Below, one piece after another: positions 10,191 through 19,077 of a stretch of DNA of 36,454 nt (position 1 is the first letter of the stretch; each line of letters starts with the position of its first letter). The stretch comes from Mageeibacillus sp. UBA1257 (GTDB lineage: Bacteria; Bacillota; Clostridia; UBA1212; UBA1257), in assembly GCA_002308775.1 (NCBI GenBank), contig DBVT01000122.1, positions 1-36,454 on the forward strand, read 5' to 3'. The translations under genes and the position numbers were made by a program. The notes under the pieces were generated by a model. It ran no database searches. It saw nothing but the letters and a program-made list of their open reading frames with translations, and was not told the origin of the DNA.

Positions 10191-11677
10191 AACAATATAA
10201 AGTTACGATCATCGCCGTTATCGTCCTGATAGTAGCTGTCGCGGCGTTTCTGGTGGTAAAAAATGTGGTAGTGAAAAACGATCCGACGCCCACGGATTCG
10301 CCCGATGATTACGTCGACCAGACTGTCACGCTTTGCGCCTTTTTACCCAAAAACGTCACGAAGATCACCTTCCACAACGAAGAAGAACTTGTCGTGGTAA
10401 GGCTGAGCGAGGATTCCTGGACGTGTACTTCTCATCCGGAAATAGAAGTATATGACACGGCTGTGCAGGATATTTTAACTATATTCGGATCGCTGAACGG
10501 ACTGCTGATCATGGACGGCTCCAAGGAGCAGATAGACTACGGCAAATTCGGTCTTGGAGAGGAAAACGATCCGAAATGGACGAGCGTTTTACTCGAAGAC
10601 GGAACGACATACAAAGTATTCTTGGGAGTCAACAACCTTTCGGGAAGCAGAACTTATGCCAAAGTTGACGGCGAGGATAAGGTGTATTCGATCAGCTCGA
10701 CATACAGCGACGATCTTATCGCGACGCGCGCGGATCTGATTTATCTGTATCCGTTCAAATTCGCGGATAAGACGAAGGTAAACTCGATCAAAATGTACAA
10801 AAAAGGCGAAATTTCATTCGCTGCGACAGCCGATTTCTCCGGAGAAGAGAAAACCTGGGTCCTTTCAGAACCTGTTAAGAGAGGCGGAGAAAGATCGAAT
10901 ATCAACACTCTTGTTGATTCGCTGACGAATATAAAAATAAGCGAGATAGTCGAATCAGGCTGCAAGGATTTCGCAAAATACGGACTCGACAATCCGGATA
11001 CGAGATATGTCATGTCAGACTCGACAGGACTTGTAAAGACTGTTTCCGTAGGCAACAAGACGTCAAATGAGAAGATGTTTTACTGCGTATTCAATGACGG
11101 AAGTGACGTTTACACAGTTGAGACCGGTTATTTCGCATACAAAGACACGAATCTGCTCTCGTTCATGGACGTAAACGCGTTTCTGGAGACATATACGAAT
11201 CTTTCTCACGTGGATATTTATATCAACGACGATGAGGGAGAGTCGAACTACACGATGGATATCAAGATCACCGAAACTACCAGAACGGACGAGAACGGAA
11301 ACGAGATCAAGGATATTTCCGGTAATCCGGTCGTAGACCAGGAAGAAGAGCTCAGATTCAACGGCAATGTGGTTGAAGGCGAAACTCAGACCGACCTGTT
11401 CAGAAAGGTCACTACATCGATCTATATGATCAGGCTGATCGCTCTCGAACTCGATCAGGGCGAGGTAGGCAAGACACTCCTCAAGATCACTTATACGAGG
11501 ACGGACGGATCGCAGGTCATCGTCGAGTGCAGGGAAAGAGACGATACGACGATGTACATCTACGTGAACGACGAGTACACCGGCGGATATTGTAAAAAGA
11601 GCAGGATCTCCTCTCAAGAGATCGAATACAGCATCAGAAACACGACAAAAAATCTTCTGGCAGAGATGGGTGCTTGA
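10187..11677 (+). CDS. DUF4340-like membrane-anchored protein
   Basis: ATGA start/stop overlap with the GldG-like gene. A single N-terminal TM helix is followed by a large exported domain. DUF4340 proteins characteristically follow GldG homologues. The family call rests on context and overall pattern. Confidence 0.6.
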   Translation: MKQYKVTIIAVIVLIVAVAAFLVVKNVVVKNDPTPTDSPDDYVDQTVTLCAFLPKNVTKITFHNEEELVVVRLSEDSWTCTSHPEIEVYDTAVQDILTIFGSLNGLLIMDGSKEQIDYGKFGLGEENDPKWTSVLLEDGTTYKVFLGVNNLSGSRTYAKVDGEDKVYSISSTYSDDLIATRADLIYLYPFKFADKTKVNSIKMYKKGEISFAATADFSGEEKTWVLSEPVKRGGERSNINTLVDSLTNIKISEIVESGCKDFAKYGLDNPDTRYVMSDSTGLVKTVSVGNKTSNEKMFYCVFNDGSDVYTVETGYFAYKDTNLLSFMDVNAFLETYTNLSHVDIYINDDEGESNYTMDIKITETTRTDENGNEIKDISGNPVVDQEEELRFNGNVVEGETQTDLFRKVTTSIYMIRLIALELDQGEVGKTLLKITYTRTDGSQVIVECRERDDTTMYIYVNDEYTGGYCKKSRISSQEIEYSIRNTTKNLLAEMGA

Positions 11678-11679
11678 TA

Positions 11680-12900
11680 ATGGCGGAAGAAAACGGCAGC
11701 AACGTATACGAGTTTCCGAATAATGATAACGCAGAAACAGGCCGCAGTGGCGCGGGCGCTTTTTTGCGCTCGAAAAAAGGTATCGTACTCATCATATGTT
11801 TAGCCGTTTTGATCGTCGCTATCATCGCCGCCGCGATCATTATATATAATGTAAAAAAGTCTAAAATAGTCGAAAACAACGATCCGGATGTGACTATGCT
11901 CGAATACCCGACGTCAGCGAAAGACGCGTGCTTCGGCATACTGGGAGACACATATGTGATCGTTTCGGACAGCGCTGTGACGGGCCTTTCAAAAGAGGGC
12001 GTCTGGAAATGGAACTATGAAGGAACGTTCTCCGAGAGCATAGTTAATATATGCGGCGAGAGAGCGGTCGTTCTGCAGAGCGGTAAAAACGATATGATAC
12101 TTTTTACGGAGAGCGGATTTGAGAAGAGGACGAGCGTTGAAGGAAAGGTGCTCGGAGCAGGCTCATCGGGATCAAAGCTTTTCGTGACCTTCGCGTATGA
12201 AAACGGAGAATACGGAGTATCCGTATACGATACGGCGAACGACAGTATGCTGATGTATACAAGAAAATATTCTTCCGCGTATATGATGTCAGCGAGCATG
12301 TCTTCTTCGGGATCGATAATATGCGCTTCGGGCGCAAACCGCGACAGCTCCGGCGCGTCGTCAGTCCTCTCGTTCATAAGGAACTCCGACGGAGAAGTCT
12401 ACGCGACCGAAACGGAAGAGGGAACGCTTTATCCGATCGTCCGTATGTCGGGAGACACGGTATTTGCCGCCAATACGGACACGTTGAAACTGATAAAAAG
12501 AATGCCCTCTGCCACCACTCAAAGCGACAAGAAGAAGACTGTCTGGGAAAGAAACGGAGCGGCTGAATATCTGATATCGATTGCCGCATCGAAGAGCGGA
12601 GCAGCTGCCGTAAGGGACAAGATCCAGACGGTGAGTTCCGACAGCATCGCGACATTTTACTCGCAGGACGGGGAAGTCATATCCGAGAGAAGGCTGGAAA
12701 TGAAGGCGGAATACGTGAGATCCGCAGGAGACAGATATCTGATCTGCTCCCGCGACTCGCTGATGATGTTCTCCTTGAAGGGAGAATGTCTCGGAAGATA
12801 CGACGGCGCAGCCCTTATCAAATGCGCGGAGATACTCGATCCGCATACGGCTGTCGCAATGACGGACGCGGGATTGTATATAATAGATTTCGGAAAGTAG
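11680..12900 (+). CDS. Hypothetical membrane-anchored protein (orphan, possibly DUF5711-like)
   Basis: Start abuts the stop of the previous gene (ATG 11680; an alternative TTG at 11674 overlaps it). Cytoplasmic N-tail, one TM helix (IVLIICLAVLIVAIIAAAIIIY), then a ~330-aa exported domain rich in beta-strand-like segments. I recognised no catalytic motif. Confidence 0.6.
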   Translation: MAEENGSNVYEFPNNDNAETGRSGAGAFLRSKKGIVLIICLAVLIVAIIAAAIIIYNVKKSKIVENNDPDVTMLEYPTSAKDACFGILGDTYVIVSDSAVTGLSKEGVWKWNYEGTFSESIVNICGERAVVLQSGKNDMILFTESGFEKRTSVEGKVLGAGSSGSKLFVTFAYENGEYGVSVYDTANDSMLMYTRKYSSAYMMSASMSSSGSIICASGANRDSSGASSVLSFIRNSDGEVYATETEEGTLYPIVRMSGDTVFAANTDTLKLIKRMPSATTQSDKKKTVWERNGAAEYLISIAASKSGAAAVRDKIQTVSSDSIATFYSQDGEVISERRLEMKAEYVRSAGDRYLICSRDSLMMFSLKGECLGRYDGAALIKCAEILDPHTAVAMTDAGLYIIDFGK

Positions 12901-12909
12901 GTTTCAGGT

Positions 12910-13587
12910 ATGTGGAAGAGCATAGTGCTTGACGCGGTCGTAGTCGCGATAATCGTAATTTCAACGATAGTCTCCGCCAAAAGAGGCTTCGTAAAAAGTC
13001 TCATCTCATCCGCATGGCTGATCATATCCATCGTGGGCGGCATTATTTTAAGACCGATTTTTTTCGCGATATACAAATCGATGGGGCTGCTTGACAAAAT
13101 AACAGCCGGAATAAGCAAAGAGGCGCTCAACATAAGCCAAAATATGGATGTCTCCGATGTGGACGGCTTGCTCGCCGAGATGAAGATCCCGGAAAACATT
13201 CAAAAGAAGATACTCGAGAAGATAGGCGATTCTTCAACGATGACTCTCGAAACATTCAGCGGAAAAGTGGGAGAGACGCTCGGCAGATTCACCGTTAACG
13301 CGATGGCTTTTCTTACCGGCTTTGCGATCGTCGCGATCGTGATAGTAATGATCATGCTCATTTCCAAAGCCGTTCTTAAAATGTCTCCCCTCGGAGGCGT
13401 CGACAGATTTTTCGGAGCTCTCCTCGGCATCGTGATATCGTGGACTGTCATATATCTGATCTGCGTCGCCGTGTTCGCCCTGGCCGGAGCGGGACATCTC
13501 AAAGGATTTGCGGAAGTTATAGCAAATTCGAAGATCACGTATTTCATATACAGATTCAACCCGGTCACGCTCCTCATTCTGAGATAA
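12910..13587 (+). CDS. cvpA: CvpA family membrane protein
   Basis: N-terminus VLDAVVVAIIVISTIVSAKRGFVKSLISSAWLIISIVGG matches the CvpA pattern. Four or five TM helices. Confidence 0.72.
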   Translation: MWKSIVLDAVVVAIIVISTIVSAKRGFVKSLISSAWLIISIVGGIILRPIFFAIYKSMGLLDKITAGISKEALNISQNMDVSDVDGLLAEMKIPENIQKKILEKIGDSSTMTLETFSGKVGETLGRFTVNAMAFLTGFAIVAIVIVMIMLISKAVLKMSPLGGVDRFFGALLGIVISWTVIYLICVAVFALAGAGHLKGFAEVIANSKITYFIYRFNPVTLLILR

Positions 13588-13674
13588 CGCGCCGTAAACG
13601 GATGTGACATGGCTTTTTGCCCGAAAAGAGGGTAAAAAAGTCTTCAAAACTCAAAAATAATTTCAAAAAAACTG

Positions 13675-13703
13675 TTGACGAGTGCATTTTAATATGTTAA
13701 ACT
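13675..13703 (+). promoter_or_regulatory. Sigma-A type promoter upstream of rpmG-secE-nusG
   Basis: TTGACG (13675-13680), a 17-nt spacer, then TAAACT (13698-13703) with an extended -10 TG at 13695-13696. An A-rich UP-like tract lies upstream. Confidence 0.5.
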
Positions 13704-13755
13704 ACACTTTGCGTCTTTTTGATGCGACACTACGACATATGCGGAGGTGTGAACA

Positions 13756-13905
13756 ATGAGAGTAAATGTAACTCTTGCGTGCACAGAATGCAAAAGAAGA
13801 AATTACACGAGTAAGAAGAATAAGAAAAACGATCCTGACAGACTTGAAATGAGCAAATATTGCAAGTTCTGCAAGAAACATACCACTCACAGAGAGACTA
13901 AGTAA
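13756..13905 (+). CDS. rpmG: 50S ribosomal protein L33
   Basis: A 49-aa ORF absent from the track because of its size: [49 protein letters not shown]. It has the CxxC...CxxC zinc ribbon, RBS GGAGGTG upstream, and the canonical position before secE-nusG. Confidence 0.92.
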   Translation: MRVNVTLACTECKRRNYTSKKNKKNDPDRLEMSKYCKFCKKHTTHRETK

Positions 13906-13956
13906 TCGGGAAGATTGCTCCGGCTGGGAACGTTTTAAGACAGTAGGGAGATAGAA

Positions 13957-14190
13957 ATGGCAAACGCAGAGAAAAAAGAAAAAAAGAATATTTTCGTACG
14001 CGCGTGGTCAGCGATCCGTAAATTCTTCAAAGGAATATTTGGTGAGCTTGGAAAAGTCACATGGCCGACAAAGAAGGAACTCACTCAGAACACGATCTCG
14101 GTTATTTTGTTCTGCCTGTTAGTCGGTATTATCATCTGGGTCTCTGATTTCCTGCTCCAACTCTTAGTTGGTGTTATTTATAATGCATAA
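13957..14190 (+). CDS. secE: Preprotein translocase subunit SecE
   Basis: A 77-aa protein with ELGKVTWPTKKEL followed by a single TM helix. It lies between rpmG and nusG. Confidence 0.88.
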   Translation: MANAEKKEKKNIFVRAWSAIRKFFKGIFGELGKVTWPTKKELTQNTISVILFCLLVGIIIWVSDFLLQLLVGVIYNA

Positions 14191-14203
14191 GGAGGAATGA
14201 GCG

Positions 14204-14740
14204 ATGTATATCGAAGGTGCTTCCGACGAACCCTTGTGGTATGTCGTCCATACATTGACGAACTACGAAGATAAAGTTAAAGCAAGTCTTGAACGTGTCA
14301 TCGAAAACAGAGGCATGCAGGACTATTTCTTTGGTATCATCATTCCTGTTCTTGAAGAGGTCAATGTAAAGGACGGAAAGGAAAGAGTAGTTCAGAAGAA
14401 AGTCTTTCCCGGCTATGTCCTCGTAAAAATGATCCTCACGGATGAAACATGGCTTCTTGTAAGAAATATACGCGGCGTGACGAGCTTCGTCGGCCCCGGC
14501 TCAAAACCCTCACCGCTTTCTGACAGAGAAGCACAGGCTTTGGGTATTGAAATTTCCGAAACCTTCGTCGATTACGAAGTCGGCGACCAGGTCAAAATCA
14601 TTTCCGGACCTCTTGCAAACTTCAACGGAACAGTTGAAGCTATTATGCTCGAGAAGGAAAGAGTCAAGGTACTTGTGCCCATGTTCGGCAGAACGATCTC
14701 AGCCGAGCTTGAGTATTCACAAATACAAAAGATTTTCTAA
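14204..14740 (+). CDS. nusG: Transcription termination/antitermination factor NusG
   Basis: WYVVHTLTNYEDKV NGN domain, FPGYVLVKM, and a C-terminal KOW (GDQVKIISGPLANFNGTVE). Confidence 0.94.
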   Translation: MYIEGASDEPLWYVVHTLTNYEDKVKASLERVIENRGMQDYFFGIIIPVLEEVNVKDGKERVVQKKVFPGYVLVKMILTDETWLLVRNIRGVTSFVGPGSKPSPLSDREAQALGIEISETFVDYEVGDQVKIISGPLANFNGTVEAIMLEKERVKVLVPMFGRTISAELEYSQIQKIF

Positions 14741-14762
14741 TTATTATTGGGAGGTGGCTTAA

Positions 14763-15188
14763 ATGGCAAAGAAAGTAACAGCACTTGTCAAGCTGCAGAT
14801 TCCGGCAGGAAAAGCAGCGCCGACACCACCGGTTGGACCAGCATTAGGACAGCACGGTCTTAATATCATGGGATTCTGTAAGGAATTCAACGAGAAGACG
14901 AAGGCTGACATGGGACTTATCATCCCTGTAGTTATCACAGTCTATTCCGATCGTACGTACACATTCATTACGAAGACTCCGCCGGCGGCAGTATTATTGA
15001 AGAAAGCATGCAAGATCGAAAGCGGATCGGGCAAACCGAACAGAGAAAAGGTCGCAAAGATCTCCAAAGCAGAGGTTATCAAGATAGCCGAGCAGAAGAT
15101 GGAAGACCTCAACGCAGCATCGATCGAAGCAGCGGCGAGCATGATCGCGGGAACCGCGAGAAGTATGGGAATCGTCGTTGAAGACTGA
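14763..15188 (+). CDS. rplK: 50S ribosomal protein L11
   Basis: [43 protein letters not shown] is unmistakably L11. Confidence 0.97.
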   Translation: MAKKVTALVKLQIPAGKAAPTPPVGPALGQHGLNIMGFCKEFNEKTKADMGLIIPVVITVYSDRTYTFITKTPPAAVLLKKACKIESGSGKPNREKVAKISKAEVIKIAEQKMEDLNAASIEAAASMIAGTARSMGIVVED

Positions 15189-15205
15189 TAAAGGAGATTA
15201 AGGCT

Positions 15206-15895
15206 ATGTTTAGAGGAAAGAAATATCAAGACAGCATAAAGTCGTATGAAAAATCCAAGCTTTACGATCCTGAAGAAGCATTCAAGACGCTCGTATCGTT
15301 CCCTCAGTCAAAATTCGACGCAACAGTAGAGATACACATCAGACTGGGCGTTGACTCGAGACACGCGGATCAGCAGGTCAGAGGCGCTATCGTGCTTCCG
15401 AACGGAACAGGTAAAGAAAAGAAGATACTCGTCATCGCAAAAGGCGACAGAGCAAAGGAAGCTGAAGAAGCAGGCGCTGATTTCGTCGGAGCGGAAGATA
15501 TGATCACGAAGATCCAGCATGAGAACTGGTTCGGATTTGACGTAGTAGTCGCTACACCTGATATGATGGGTCTCGTAGGACGTCTCGGTAAAATCCTCGG
15601 TCCTAAAGGCTTGATGCCTAACCCGAAGGCCGGAACAGTTACGATGGATGTAAAGCGCGCTATCGAAGAGCTCAAAGCAGGTAAGATCGAATACAGGCTC
15701 GACAAGACGAACATCATCCACTGCCCGATCGGCAAAGTTTCATTCGGCGCAGACAAACTCATCGAAAACTACCGCACACTTTATGACGCAGTCCTGAAGG
15801 CAAAACCGGCGGCAGCAAAGGGCCAGTATATGAAGAGCATAGTAATCGCTTCTACAATGAGCCCCGGAATCAAGATTAACCCCGCAAAAGGTTAA
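15206..15895 (+). CDS. rplA: 50S ribosomal protein L1
   Basis: [34 protein letters not shown] and [26 protein letters not shown] are L1 hallmarks. Confidence 0.97.
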   Translation: MFRGKKYQDSIKSYEKSKLYDPEEAFKTLVSFPQSKFDATVEIHIRLGVDSRHADQQVRGAIVLPNGTGKEKKILVIAKGDRAKEAEEAGADFVGAEDMITKIQHENWFGFDVVVATPDMMGLVGRLGKILGPKGLMPNPKAGTVTMDVKRAIEELKAGKIEYRLDKTNIIHCPIGKVSFGADKLIENYRTLYDAVLKAKPAAAKGQYMKSIVIASTMSPGIKINPAKG

Positions 15896-15939
15896 TATAG
15901 CTAAAAGCAAGTAAAAAAAATAAAGTTGGATTTGAATCG

Positions 15940-16053
15940 CCAAAGACAGCGGGCATTGTGTTTTAACAGACGCATGTAAGACCGGCCGAGGTTTTAATGA
16001 ATTCACTGTGAACTCTTGAAACTTCCTGTGTCTTTGGGCACGGGGAGTTTTTT
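15940..16053 (+). promoter_or_regulatory. rplJ (L10) leader with terminator/antiterminator alternative
   Basis: The rplA-rplJ gap is 200 nt. A terminator hairpin pairs ACTTCCTGTG (16021-16030) with CACGGGGAGT (16039-16048), giving 10 bp including 2 G-U pairs, and is followed by a T-run (16049-16053). An upstream CCAAAGACA (15940-15948) is perfectly complementary to TGTCTTTGG (16029-16037), which overlaps the terminator's 5' arm and loop. Confidence 0.55.
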
Positions 16054-16095
16054 AAAAGGCTTTTCGTTTCAACTGCGAAAGGAGGTGTCCAAAGG

Positions 16096-16605
16096 ATGCC
16101 AAGTAAGAAGATTTTACAAGTCAAAGAGGCAGAGGTAAGCGCTATCGCTGAAGAACTCAAAGGCGCAACGACCGTAGTATTGGTTGACGCAAGAGGTATC
16201 ACCGTTGATCAGGATACTGAGATGCGTGTTGCTCTCCGTAAAGCGGGAGTCAAATACAAAGTCAGAAAGAATACGCTTACATCTCTCGCGGCAAAGCAGG
16301 CAGGTATCGAAGGATTGGATAAATATCTCGTAGGACCTACGGCAGTCGCGACAACATCGAGCTACTCTGACGCGGCGAGAATACTTTCTCAGATGTCAAA
16401 GAAGTTCGGAAAACTCACTATCAAGGGCGGTGTTCTTGATAACGAAGTAGTAGGACCTGAAGTGGTAGACACACTGGCCAAGATTCCTTCAAAGGAAGTT
16501 CTTATTTCTATGGTACTGGGTGGCTTCAATGCTCCTATAACGAAACTCGCAGTCGCACTCAACGCGATAGCGGAAAAGAAGGCGGAAGCGGAAGCTCAGG
16601 CGTGA
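16096..16605 (+). CDS. rplJ: 50S ribosomal protein L10
   Basis: The sequence pattern (VVLVDARGITVDQDTEMRVALRKAGVKYKVRKNTL) and the position before rplL. RBS AAAGGAGGTG. Confidence 0.95.
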   Translation: MPSKKILQVKEAEVSAIAEELKGATTVVLVDARGITVDQDTEMRVALRKAGVKYKVRKNTLTSLAAKQAGIEGLDKYLVGPTAVATTSSYSDAARILSQMSKKFGKLTIKGGVLDNEVVGPEVVDTLAKIPSKEVLISMVLGGFNAPITKLAVALNAIAEKKAEAEAQA

Positions 16606-16691
16606 TCGCCGCATAGCTGAAACCTTTTACCACGGACAGCCGGAAAGACGGCAGCATGAATCAAAAAAATATCTAAATGGAGGAAATTATC

Positions 16692-17075
16692 ATGGCAAGT
16701 GAAAAAATCACAAATCTTATTGAAGAAGTAAAATCATTGACAGTTCTCGAACTTAACGAACTCGTTAAGGCTCTCGAGGAAGAATTCGGCGTATCAGCAG
16801 CAGCTCCCGTTGGCGCAGTTGTCGGCGGCGCAGCTCCCGCAGAAGCAGCAGCTCCGGTTGAGCAGACAGAATTCGACGTAGTTCTGAAGAGCGCAGGCCC
16901 GAACAAGATGAACGTTATCAAACTCGTTAAAGAGATCACAGGCGCAGCTCTTATGGAAGCAAAAGCTATCGTTGACGGAGCACCCAAGACTCTCAAAGAG
17001 AAAGTTTCCAAAGAAGACGCAGAAGCTATCGAAGCGAAACTCAAGGAAGCAGGAGCAGAAGTCGAAGTCAAGTAA
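16692..17075 (+). CDS. rplL: 50S ribosomal protein L7/L12
   Basis: [34 protein letters not shown]...[11 protein letters not shown] place the start at ATG 16692 because the track's ATG at 16677 overlaps the GGAGG RBS (16679-16683). Confidence 0.95.
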   Translation: MASEKITNLIEEVKSLTVLELNELVKALEEEFGVSAAAPVGAVVGGAAPAEAAAPVEQTEFDVVLKSAGPNKMNVIKLVKEITGAALMEAKAIVDGAPKTLKEKVSKEDAEAIEAKLKEAGAEVEVK

Positions 17076-17108
17076 TTTTTACCTGTCAACAAAGACTGAT
17101 CAAGAAAG

Positions 17109-17137
17109 ACCGGTACCCGAAAGGGCGCCGGTTTTTG
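17109..17137 (+). terminator. Rho-independent terminator after rplL
   Basis: Stem ACCGGTACCC / GGGCGCCGGT (two mismatches) with a GAAA loop, followed by TTTTT. Confidence 0.7.
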
Positions 17138-17261
17138 CGTAAAAGGCGAAAAGGCAGCGAAAGCATCCGTATTATTCATTTTCCCGTCAAGTTGTGGTAA
17201 AATATATCCAAGACCTGACTGAAGTATAAAACGAAAGAAAAAAAGGGAAAAAGGTATTACT

Positions 17262-19073
17262 ATGCAGCAATATATCGAAGTTTTAACAGAGCAGGAGATA
17301 AAAGACATCCTGGTAAAAAGAAAAGACGAAGCAAGACTGCCTGAGTTCACGGGAGAAAGACTGGACGCGGTGAAAAAAAGCGCGAGGATCGCAGGATATA
17401 TCGAGTCTGTCCGAAAGTGCGCAGACGAATTCAGAAAAAGACACAATGAGAATCTGCCGTTTTCGAAATTCAAACTGTACGAGGAGAGCGGCAACAGGCT
17501 CGAAGCGGAAAACGAGTATTTCAGGACGAGGGTCAGGCTCGCCTGCTTTGCGATAATGGCGCTGATGTACGGGAGAAAAGAGGACATAAAAGAACTGAAC
17601 GACGTGATATGGGCGATATGTGACGAATACACGTGGTGCCTGCCTGCTCATCTCGACGGAACGGGTCTCAAAACGCTCCAGTACGGAGACAATTTCAAGG
17701 TGGATCTTTTCCAGTCCGAAACGGCCTGCGCGCTTTGCGAAGCGGTGCATTTTTGCGGCGAATACATACATCCGATAGTAAAAGACAGAGCTTTGACGCT
17801 TGCGAGAGACAGAGTTGTCAGAGTGTACGAAAAAAACACGTACGGCTGGGAGAGATGGCGCACGAACTGGGCTGCGGTTTGCGGCGGATGCGTCGGAATG
17901 TCGGCGATCTACGAGGAAAAAGAAGGATATATAACTGTAGACGAGCTCGCGAATATACTGTACAGAACGCAGAGCACGATGCAGTTTTTCCTCGAGGGAT
18001 TCCCGTCAGACGGAACGTGCAGCGAGGGAATAACATACTGGGAATACGGGTTCGGATATTTTACATATTACGCTGATGTTCTGATGCGCAGAACATGCGG
18101 TGATATAGACTATTTCAAGATCCCTCACGTAAAAAAGATAGCGGAGTTCCACCAAAAATGTTTTTTCCCGTCAGGCGCAAGAGTCAGTTTTTCAGACGCG
18201 GGAAAGGAAGACACGATCAATTACGCCCTTATATCGTACCTTTCGGACAAATACGAGAGCGTGAGTACGCCGAGAAGCTCATGCGGTGAGATGACATTCA
18301 GAGATTCCAGCAGCAGATTCGCGAGGGAGCTTCGGAACATCCTCTGGGACTCTCAAAAAGAAAAAAAGCAAGAAGAAGTGACTAAAATATATATCCTTCG
18401 CGATCTCTCGTGGTATATTGCTACGAGTGACGATGAGAAGATCGATTTTGCTGCGAAAGCGGGAAGAAACGACGAGGCTCACAACCATAACGACATAGGT
18501 TCGTTCCAGCTCCACAAAAACGGCAGCGAGATATTCGCGGAGCTCGGAGGAGGGGAATACACAAAAGAATATTTCAGTCCCGACAGGTACAACGTCTTCT
18601 GCTGTTGCTCGCGCGGCCACTCCGTTCCGATAATCGGAGGAAAGTATCAGGCGCCGGGCGGACAATTCAGAGCTTCGGAAGTGTCGATAGACGAGAACGG
18701 CATTTCGATGGACATGAAAGGAGCCTATAACGACGGTAATCTTGCGCATTTTTACAGAGCGTTTTACTTTGAAAAAGAAACAGGTGTTCTGAAAATAACA
18801 GATTCGTTCGAATTCGCTGAAAAGCCTGAGACGGTCTGCGAGAGGTTTATACTTTACACGGAGCCGGAGATCGGTAAAAATCGTGCGACTGTTTCTTCGG
18901 AGGGCAAAAAGGAAAAAATGACGCTGGAAGCCGCAGGAGAGGATTTCGACGTAAACGTCGAAAAAGTGACGCACAGCCTGCATAACGGAAGGAAAATACA
19001 GATATACTGTCTCGATTTTACCGTGAGAGACAAAAAAGCGATGAAAGGAAAATACGAGTTCACTGTAAGGTGA
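17262..19073 (+). CDS. Heparinase II/III-like family protein, no signal peptide (predicted cytoplasmic)
   Basis: The C-terminal region EAHNHNDIGSFQLHKNGSEIFAELGGGEYTKEYF...RGHSVPIIGG matches the H-x-H-x-D..SF..G...D.G...Y..N pattern of the heparinase II/III domain. The N-terminal half is alginate-lyase-like (YTWCLPAHL). No hydrophobic N-terminus. Confidence 0.62.
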   Translation: MQQYIEVLTEQEIKDILVKRKDEARLPEFTGERLDAVKKSARIAGYIESVRKCADEFRKRHNENLPFSKFKLYEESGNRLEAENEYFRTRVRLACFAIMALMYGRKEDIKELNDVIWAICDEYTWCLPAHLDGTGLKTLQYGDNFKVDLFQSETACALCEAVHFCGEYIHPIVKDRALTLARDRVVRVYEKNTYGWERWRTNWAAVCGGCVGMSAIYEEKEGYITVDELANILYRTQSTMQFFLEGFPSDGTCSEGITYWEYGFGYFTYYADVLMRRTCGDIDYFKIPHVKKIAEFHQKCFFPSGARVSFSDAGKEDTINYALISYLSDKYESVSTPRSSCGEMTFRDSSSRFARELRNILWDSQKEKKQEEVTKIYILRDLSWYIATSDDEKIDFAAKAGRNDEAHNHNDIGSFQLHKNGSEIFAELGGGEYTKEYFSPDRYNVFCCCSRGHSVPIIGGKYQAPGGQFRASEVSIDENGISMDMKGAYNDGNLAHFYRAFYFEKETGVLKITDSFEFAEKPETVCERFILYTEPEIGKNRATVSSEGKKEKMTLEAAGEDFDVNVEKVTHSLHNGRKIQIYCLDFTVRDKKAMKGKYEFTVR

Positions 19074-19077
19074 CGCG

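Noticed and set aside
16677-16691. Track start ATG 16677 for rplL ([10 protein letters not shown]...).
   Set aside because: That ATG overlaps the GGAGG Shine-Dalgarno. ATG 16692 gives the canonical L7/L12 N-terminus with correct RBS spacing.
16673-17632. 319-aa minus-strand ORF antisense to rplL and the start of the heparinase-like gene.
   Set aside because: It is low-complexity (Ser/Ala/Phe-rich), has no RBS or recognisable motifs, and overlaps the unmistakable rplL on the other strand. It is a shadow ORF.
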